A DNA stretch of 64,000 nucleotides from Candidatus Latescibacterota bacterium. GTDB taxonomy: Bacteria > Latescibacterota > UBA2968 > UBA8231. The position numbers and the translations under genes were made by a program. Location: positions 1,152,001-1,216,000 of the forward strand of contig CBDCXV010000010.1 of the NCBI GenBank assembly GCA_965223905.1. Reading direction: 5' to 3'. Below, one piece after another: positions 57,780-64,000 of this stretch (within the stretch, counting starts at the first letter, position 1; every line of letters starts with the position of its first letter). Below the pieces are notes generated by a model, which ran no database searches, was not told the origin of the DNA, and worked only from the letters and a program-made list of their open reading frames with translations.

Positions 57780-59387
57780 ATGAACGATACTCTGGAAGTC
57801 TACGATGCCACGCTGCGGGACGGGGCCCAGGCCGAGGGGATTGCCTACTCGCTCGAGGACAAGCTGCTGATCGCCCGCCGCCTCGACCGCCTCGGTGTCC
57901 ACTATATCGAAGGGGGCTGGCCGAACCCGACCAACCCGAAGGACCTGGCGTTTTTCCGCGAGGTGAAGAAGCTCGATCTCCAGGCTCGCGTAACCGCCTT
58001 CGGCAGCACGCGCCGGGCAGGGGTGCCGGCGGAAGAGGACGCTACTCTGAACACGCTGCTGCTGGCGGAGACCGGCACCGTCTGCATCTTCGGCAAGAGC
58101 TGGATTCTGCACGTGACGGAGGCGCTCAAGACGACGCCCCAGGAGAATCTGGAGCTGATCGAGGACTCGGTGGGGTATCTCGCCGCCCACGGCCGCGAGG
58201 TGATCTACGACGCCGAACATTACTTCGACGGCTACTGCGAGGCCCCTGACTACGCCGTCGAAACCTTGCGCGCCGCGGCCCGCGGTGGTGCCCGCCTGCT
58301 GGTCCTGTGCGACACCAACGGCGGCCGGCTGCCGAGCGAGGTCAGCCGCATCTTCGCGGCGACCCGCGAGGCCGTTTCCCTTCCCCTGGGCATCCACACC
58401 CACAACGACTCCGGCATGGCCGAGGCAAACACCGTGGCCGCCGCGGAGCTGGGGGCCGTCCAGGTGCAGGGTACCTTCAACGGCTACGGGGAACGGTGCG
58501 GCAACGCCAACCTGTGCACCGTGATCCCGACCCTGGAGCTCAAGCTCGGCGTGCACCTCATCGGGAAGGAGAACCTCGCCGAGTTGATGGACTTCTCACG
58601 CTTTCTCAGCGAGATCGCCAACGTCCATCACGATCACCGCCAGCCGTACGTCGGGGAGAGCGCTTTTGCCCACAAGGGGGGGGTGCACATCGACGCGATG
58701 ACGAAGAACCCGCGCTGCTACGAGCACATCGACCCGCGAGCGACGGGGAACGAGCGCCGCTTCCTGGTCTCGGACCAGTCGGGCGGCAGTACGGTGGTTT
58801 CCAAGCTCAACAGGTTCTTCCCCGGGCTCAGCAAGAAGGATCCGATAGTCCAGAAGGTGTTGGGGGAAGTGAAGCGGCTCGAGCACGACGGCTACCAGTT
58901 CGAGGCCGCGGAGGGCTCGTTCGAGCTGTTGGCGCGGCGGACGATGGGACTCTACGAGGATCTGTTCCGGCCCCTGAGTTTCCGCACCATCAGCCGCAAG
59001 GACGACGGCAGCGCCGAGGTGGCAGAAGCGATCGTCAAGGTCGAGGTGAACGGGGAGAAGGTGCACACCGTGGCCGAAGGGGAGGGCCCGGTCAACGCCC
59101 TGGACCGCGCCCTGCGCAAGGCCCTCGAGGGGGCCTGGCCGAGCCTGAGACACGTCCATCTCGCAGACTACAAGGTGCGCGTCCTCGGCAGCAGCGACGG
59201 CACCGCGGCGCGGGTGCGGGTGCTGATCGAGTCCTCCGACGGCCGCGAAGTCTGGGGCACCGTCGGGGTGTCGGAAAACATCATCGAAGCGAGCTGGATC
59301 GCCCTGAACGACTCCCTCCATTTCAAGCTGATGCGGGACTCCCTGGCCGAGGCCGGGCTGTCTGCCGGCAACACCGGGACGGACTGA
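57780..59387 (+). CDS. cimA: Citramalate synthase
   Basis: YDATLRDGAQAEG, YIEGGWP..NPKD, AFGSTRR, DAEHYFDG, LCDTNGG, GTFNGYGERCGNAN, AFAHKGGVH, FEAAEGSFEL, DYKVRVL. Confidence 0.92.
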   Translation: MNDTLEVYDATLRDGAQAEGIAYSLEDKLLIARRLDRLGVHYIEGGWPNPTNPKDLAFFREVKKLDLQARVTAFGSTRRAGVPAEEDATLNTLLLAETGTVCIFGKSWILHVTEALKTTPQENLELIEDSVGYLAAHGREVIYDAEHYFDGYCEAPDYAVETLRAAARGGARLLVLCDTNGGRLPSEVSRIFAATREAVSLPLGIHTHNDSGMAEANTVAAAELGAVQVQGTFNGYGERCGNANLCTVIPTLELKLGVHLIGKENLAELMDFSRFLSEIANVHHDHRQPYVGESAFAHKGGVHIDAMTKNPRCYEHIDPRATGNERRFLVSDQSGGSTVVSKLNRFFPGLSKKDPIVQKVLGEVKRLEHDGYQFEAAEGSFELLARRTMGLYEDLFRPLSFRTISRKDDGSAEVAEAIVKVEVNGEKVHTVAEGEGPVNALDRALRKALEGAWPSLRHVHLADYKVRVLGSSDGTAARVRVLIESSDGREVWGTVGVSENIIEASWIALNDSLHFKLMRDSLAEAGLSAGNTGTD

Positions 59388-59390
59388 GCG

Positions 59391-60590
59391 GTGAGAAACC
59401 TCGAAGGCGGAGGGGTCGCTTCTCCCCAGGGCTTCCTCGCGGCGGGGATCAGTACGGGCGTCAAGGAGTCGGGGGGGAGGGACCTGGCCCTGGTGTACTC
59501 GACGCGCCCGGCGAATGCCGCCGCGGTGTACACCACCAACAAGGTCCAGGGAGCGCCGATCGCCGTCGACCGCGAGCACCTCGCCGACGGCAGGGCGCGG
59601 GCCGTCATCCTCAACAGCGGCAACGCCAATGTCTGCAACGGCGATGCCGGTCTCGACCACGCCCGGCGGATGTGCTCCCTTGCGGCATCGGAGCTCGGAC
59701 TGGGCGCGGAGGAGGTGCTGGTCTGCTCCACCGGCGTTATCGGGGTGCCGCTGCCGATCGGCAAGATCGAAGCGGGCATACCGCGGATCGTCGCGGCGTT
59801 GTCAGATGAAGGCGGGGCAGAGGCCGCCGAGGCGGTCATGACCACGGACACCGTGCCGAAGAGCTGCGCCGTCGAGGTCGAGCTGGCGTCGGGCGCTGCC
59901 GTCGTCGGGGCGATGGCCAAAGGGGCGGCGATGATCGCCCCAAACATGGCGACGATGCTGTCGGTGGTGACCACGGACGCCGCGGTGCAGGGGGGACAAC
60001 TGCAGGAGCTGCTGTCGCAGGCGATCCGGCGCACCTTCAACTGCATCACCGTCGACGGCGACATGAGCACGAGCGACACGGTGATCCTGATGGCCAACGG
60101 CGGCGCTTCTCCGGAGGAGCTGGGTGCGCGCGATGGCGAGCGCCTCTACGAGGGGATCGAGCATGTCTGCCGGCAGATGGCCCAGGAGATCGCCCGCGAC
60201 GCCGAGGGATCTTCCAAGCTGATCGCCATATCGGTGCGCGGCGCCTCCACCGAAGCGGAGGCGAGACAGGTCGGCCTCGCGGTCGCCAACTCGAGCCTGG
60301 TGAAGACCGCGGCCTTCGGCAACGATCCCAACTGGGGGCGGATCCTGTGCGCCATGGGGTACGCCGGCGTCGACTTCGACCCCGGAAAGGCGCGCGTGTC
60401 GCTGTGCGGAACCGACATTTACGGAAACGGAGCCGGACTTTCTTACAACGAGGGGGAGCTGAGCGCCGCCATGCAGGCGGATGAGATCGCCATCGCCATC
60501 GACCTGGCCATGGGCGGGGCGGCAACCGAGATATTCACCTGCGACCTCACCTACGAGTACGTGCGTCTGAACGCGGAGTACACCACCTGA
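59391..60590 (+). CDS. argJ: Bifunctional ornithine acetyltransferase/N-acetylglutamate synthase
   Basis: NSGNAN, STGVIG, MTTDT, AKGAAMIAPNMATML, DGDMSTSD, DAEG, DPNWGRI, TCDLT..YV..NAEYTT. Confidence 0.97.
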   Translation: MRNLEGGGVASPQGFLAAGISTGVKESGGRDLALVYSTRPANAAAVYTTNKVQGAPIAVDREHLADGRARAVILNSGNANVCNGDAGLDHARRMCSLAASELGLGAEEVLVCSTGVIGVPLPIGKIEAGIPRIVAALSDEGGAEAAEAVMTTDTVPKSCAVEVELASGAAVVGAMAKGAAMIAPNMATMLSVVTTDAAVQGGQLQELLSQAIRRTFNCITVDGDMSTSDTVILMANGGASPEELGARDGERLYEGIEHVCRQMAQEIARDAEGSSKLIAISVRGASTEAEARQVGLAVANSSLVKTAAFGNDPNWGRILCAMGYAGVDFDPGKARVSLCGTDIYGNGAGLSYNEGELSAAMQADEIAIAIDLAMGGAATEIFTCDLTYEYVRLNAEYTT

Positions 60591-61801
60591 TGCCGCTTTC
60601 GCAGTTCATCGAGCAGGTGCAGCCCTCGGCGACGATGGCGATCTCGGCGAGGGCCGCGGCGATGAAACGGGAGGGGATCGACGTTATCCCCCTGTCGGCG
60701 GGCGAGCCGGATTTCGACACTCCCGAGCACATCAAGGCCGCGGGCATCCGCGCCATCGAAGAGGGGTTCACGAAATACACCTCGCCGCCGTCCGGCATCG
60801 CCGAGCTCAAGGAGGCGGTGTGCCGGAAATTCAGGGAGGACAACGGCCTCGACTACTCCACCGACCAGGTGATCGTCAACTGCGGCGCCAAGCACTCCCT
60901 CTACCTCGCCGTCGCCGCGGTCCTCAATCCCGGGGACGAGATGATCGTGCCGACGCCCTACTGGGTCACCTTTACCGAGCAGCCCAAGCTGGTCGGGGCC
61001 GGGTCGGTGGTGGTGCGAACCAGGCGGGAAGACGGCCTCAAGCTGACTCCGGAGGCCCTGCGGGCGGCGATCACCCGGAGGACGCGGATGCTGCTGCTCA
61101 ACAGTCCGTCGAATCCGAGCGGCAGCGTATACACCCGGGATGAGCTCGAGCAGCTGGCCGCGGTCGCCGTCGAGCACGGCATCTACGTGCTCAGCGACGA
61201 GATCTACGAGAAGCTGGTTTACGACGGCGCCGAGCACGTATCGATCGCCTCGCTGGGCCAGGAGATCAAGAGACTCGCCATCGTCGTCAACGGGGCCTCG
61301 AAGGCGTACGCGATGACGGGGTGGCGGATAGGGTACGCCGCGGCCGAAGCCGAGGTGGTCGCGGCGATGGACAAGGCCCAGAGCCAGACGGTATCGCACC
61401 CGACTTCGATGTCGCAGAAAGCGGCCCTCGAGGCGCTGACGGGACCCCAGGATATGGTCGAGACGATGCGCCTCGAGTACGACGGACGCCGGCGCTACAT
61501 CACCGCTCGTCTCAACGGCCTGGAAGGGGTGGAATGCCCCTTGCCGCTGGGGGCATTCTACGTCTATCCCGATATGTCGAACTATTTCGGTTCGCGGTTC
61601 GAAGGTCTCGAAGGATCGCGGGAGATCGAAGACTGCACCGGCCTGTGCGAATACCTGCTCGAAGTCGGAAAAGTCGCCTGCGTTCCCGGAGTCGGCTTCG
61701 GGACCGCAGAGCATATCCGGCTATCCTACGCCACGTCGATGGAAAAGATCGCGACGGCGATGGACCGAATCGAAGCGGCCCTCTCCCTCCTGCGCAGGTA
61801 G
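60590..61801 (+). CDS. aspC: Class I PLP-dependent aminotransferase (aspartate aminotransferase-like)
   Basis: GEPDFDTP, NSPSNPSG, SDEIYE, SKAYAMTGWRIGY, GAFY, RLSYATS. Confidence 0.88.
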   Translation: MPLSQFIEQVQPSATMAISARAAAMKREGIDVIPLSAGEPDFDTPEHIKAAGIRAIEEGFTKYTSPPSGIAELKEAVCRKFREDNGLDYSTDQVIVNCGAKHSLYLAVAAVLNPGDEMIVPTPYWVTFTEQPKLVGAGSVVVRTRREDGLKLTPEALRAAITRRTRMLLLNSPSNPSGSVYTRDELEQLAAVAVEHGIYVLSDEIYEKLVYDGAEHVSIASLGQEIKRLAIVVNGASKAYAMTGWRIGYAAAEAEVVAAMDKAQSQTVSHPTSMSQKAALEALTGPQDMVETMRLEYDGRRRYITARLNGLEGVECPLPLGAFYVYPDMSNYFGSRFEGLEGSREIEDCTGLCEYLLEVGKVACVPGVGFGTAEHIRLSYATSMEKIATAMDRIEAALSLLRR

Positions 61802-61873
61802 GTCCGACTCGAAAACCGAACACTCCCGCGGTCCCCGGTGTCCATATTACAGATACCCGGGAGCCATGATCCG

Positions 61874-62842
61874 ATGAACAGCGACAGATCCTTCTATCTG
61901 GATTTCGAACGGCCGGTCGCAGAGCTGGAAAAACGGCTCGAGGAGATGCAGGTGCAGGCCCGGACCGACGGGCTCGATCTCGACCGCGAGCTGAAAACCC
62001 TCGAGCGCCAGATCGAGAGGCTCCGCCGCCAGACCTACACCAACCTGACGCGCTGGCAGCGGGTGCAGATGAGCCGCCACCCGCAGCGGCCCTACGCCCT
62101 GGACTACATCGAACGGATGCTCGAAGACTTCGTCGAGCTTCACGGAGACCGGTGTTTCGCCGACGATCCGGCCATCGTGGGCGGACCGGCGCGGCTCGAC
62201 GGCGAAGCGGTCGTGGTGATCGGCATCCAGAACGGACGCAACGTCGAGGAGCGCAAGTTCCGCAACTTCGGGATGCCCCATCCCGAGGGCTACCGGAAAG
62301 CCCTCAGGCTGATGCAGATGGCGGCCAAGTTCAAGCGCCCGATCCTGACCCTGGTCGACACCTCGGGAGCCTACCCGGGGATCGAGGCCGAGGAGCGCGG
62401 CCAGGCCGAGGCGATCGCCCGCAACCTGTTCGAGATGTCCCACCTGGAGGTACCGATCGTCGTCGCCATCATCGGACAGGCCTTCAGCGGGGGAGCCATA
62501 GGGATCACCGTGGGGGACCGCATACTGATGCTCGAGCACGCCTGTTATTCGGTCATCGTGCCGGAGAGCTGCTCGACGATTCTATTCCGCACCCGCGACC
62601 GCAAGGAGGAGGCGGCCGAGGCCCTGAAGCTGTCGGCGGGGGATCTGCTCGAGTACGGCATTGTCGACCGCATCATCCCCGAGCCTTTTGGCGGCGCCCA
62701 CCGGGACTACGACGCGGCCGCGGCCAATCTCAAGAAGCAGGTTGTGGAGGCGCTGGAGGAACTGCGCGGCCTGACGGGTGAGGAGCTGGTGAACAGCCGG
62801 GTCGACAAGTTCGGAGCGATGGGTGAGTTCGTCAGCGCCTGA
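61874..62842 (+). CDS. accA: Acetyl-CoA carboxylase carboxyltransferase alpha subunit
   Basis: [64 protein letters not shown]. Alternative GTG start at 61838. Confidence 0.96.
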   Translation: MNSDRSFYLDFERPVAELEKRLEEMQVQARTDGLDLDRELKTLERQIERLRRQTYTNLTRWQRVQMSRHPQRPYALDYIERMLEDFVELHGDRCFADDPAIVGGPARLDGEAVVVIGIQNGRNVEERKFRNFGMPHPEGYRKALRLMQMAAKFKRPILTLVDTSGAYPGIEAEERGQAEAIARNLFEMSHLEVPIVVAIIGQAFSGGAIGITVGDRILMLEHACYSVIVPESCSTILFRTRDRKEEAAEALKLSAGDLLEYGIVDRIIPEPFGGAHRDYDAAAANLKKQVVEALEELRGLTGEELVNSRVDKFGAMGEFVSA

Positions 62843-63024
62843 CAGCGCAACTGGGCAGTATCAGTACGTCGGCGCTTCGAATCGCAGTTCGTCCTGCGGC
62901 CGAACTGCCAGCCGGTCTATCGTGGACAGCGCCTGACAGCGCAACCTGACAACATCAGTAACGTCGGCGCTTCGAATGGCAGATCGCCCTGCGGCCGAAC
63001 TGCCGGCCCGCAACTCTGATCGGG
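62833..63024. repeat. Two imperfect ~94-bp tandem units starting within the accA 3' end
   Basis: Units at 62833 and 62927 both begin CAGCGCCTGACAGCGCAAC and share CGTCGGCGCTTCGAAT.GCAG.TCG.CCTGCGGCCGAACTGCC. Confidence 0.85.
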
Positions 63025-63060
63025 AAGGCCGGTTCTCTCAGCCAACCGAAACTCGAAATG

Positions 63061-63097
63061 AAAAAGGCCCCCACCGGTCCGGTGAGGGCCTTTTTTT
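63061..63097. terminator. Bidirectional intrinsic terminator
   Basis: AAAAA-GGCCC(C)CACCGG-T-CCGGTG(A)GGGCC-TTTTTTT between convergent genes. Confidence 0.9.
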
Positions 63098-63128
63098 GGG
63101 GATTCTCGCCGCCAATCGCCGTTGGCCG

Positions 63129-63959
63129 TCAGCCCTTTCGTATGCGGTCGAACAGGCGCTCGAGTCGGTCGAAGGCGAGCTTGATCATGTCGTCGTCCCA
63201 GTCCCCGTCGATGTTGACCTTCAGCACCGATTTGAGGGTGTCCAGATAGGCGCGTTGCGCTTCGCTCAGGGTGCGCGAACCGGTGGTCGACCCGCCGCTG
63301 CCGGAAGAATCCTGGCCGCGGGGCTGCTGCGGAGATCTGGAACTCGATCCGCGATCCCTTTCCCGCTCCCCGCGCTCCCGCTCCGCTCGTGGAGGTGCCG
63401 GCGCCGGGGGAGCGGCCGGTGCCGGGCTGCCGTTGCCGCCCTCGGCTTCCCCCGTCCCTGCGTCGGGATCGGTGCAGCTTATCAGGTACTTGAAGAACAT
63501 CTTCATCCTGTTGGCCGAATCGTTCCCCATCCCCGTCTCCTTGCGGAAGAAGGAGACGATGTCGCGGTCGGCCATCTCCCCGTTCGCCCGGTATTCCTTG
63601 AGCAGCTCGGGGTAGAGGTCCTCGAGGATTTCGTCGACGGCGCCGGCGCGGGTGTCCTGGCTCACCAGCTTCTGCAGGCGATCGGTCGGCTTCTGGTCGC
63701 TGTCGATGAGTTTCATCATCCTGATTCCGCGCAGGAAGCGGTGGATCATCGAAGGCGTCCGGATAATGGCTCGAACGTAGTCGCGGTCGATTTCCTCCGG
63801 GATCCGGCTCTGAAGTCTGGCCAGGAATTTCTCGAACTGGGCCTTGGTTATGTAGGGATACCAGGTCCGGGAGTCGTTTCTGCCTTCCGAGGTATCCGCG
63901 ACCGCTTCTTCGGCCGCGTCCTGTTCCCTCTCCTCTGAATCGATGTTGCGGTTTTCCAT
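63129..63959 (-). CDS. DUF5343-like domain protein with a low-complexity linker and a small C-terminal domain
   Basis: YPYI....F..FL..L....PE.ID..Y, LID.D.KPT, Y.EL, FF resemble DUF5343. Alternative TTG start at 63974. Confidence 0.6.
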   Translation of the reverse strand: MENRNIDSEEREQDAAEEAVADTSEGRNDSRTWYPYITKAQFEKFLARLQSRIPEEIDRDYVRAIIRTPSMIHRFLRGIRMMKLIDSDQKPTDRLQKLVSQDTRAGAVDEILEDLYPELLKEYRANGEMADRDIVSFFRKETGMGNDSANRMKMFFKYLISCTDPDAGTGEAEGGNGSPAPAAPPAPAPPRAERERGERERDRGSSSRSPQQPRGQDSSGSGGSTTGSRTLSEAQRAYLDTLKSVLKVNIDGDWDDDMIKLAFDRLERLFDRIRKG

Positions 63960-64000
63960 GCGGCGGTTCTCCAAGTTGTGGGATTATTCCGTCATGCCGG

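Noticed and set aside
62833-63024. Possible mini-CRISPR array
   Set aside because: Only two long imperfect units with no unique spacers, and no cas genes.

Overview
High-GC bacterial chromosomal segment, probably from an FCB-superphylum organism such as Latescibacterota. This is inferred from a SprA-like barrel, FlgD/T9SS-type C-terminal domains and C-terminal (S/T)WGRIK motifs. From left to right: (1) the 3' end of a SprA-like outer-membrane barrel, then comEA, pilM, a pilN-like gene, coaD, obgE, dprA and a TauD dioxygenase. (2) A minus-strand ABC/TolC operon that lacks a canonical membrane-fusion protein but encodes two paralogous hairpin + Ig-stalk + C-terminal-anchor proteins. (3) feoAB and a troABCD-type Mn/Fe/Zn importer in which both permeases carry DtxR-like domains; DtxR-like operators lie at both promoters. 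(4) Assorted enzymes: RraA, Fpg/Nei, D-threonine aldolase family, methyltransferases, O-antigen ligase family, anmK and an M16C peptidase. (5) An 8.0-kb transposase-free composite element (37445-45443) bounded by two ~175-bp MITE copies. It carries a GT39-like glycosyltransferase and two secreted CotH-kinase proteins, and splits a WGRIK-family gene. (6) Aldolase, oxidoreductase and PhyH genes. (7) An ilvC-leuA-leuC-leuD-leuB-cimA-argJ-aspC-accA operon with a candidate Leu/Ile-rich leader peptide, followed by a 94-bp tandem repeat, a bidirectional terminator and a DUF5343-like gene. Several single-base frameshifts in short homopolymers may be long-read assembly errors. No rRNA, tRNA, CRISPR array or transposase was seen. 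All family assignments come from motif recognition by eye; no database searches were run.
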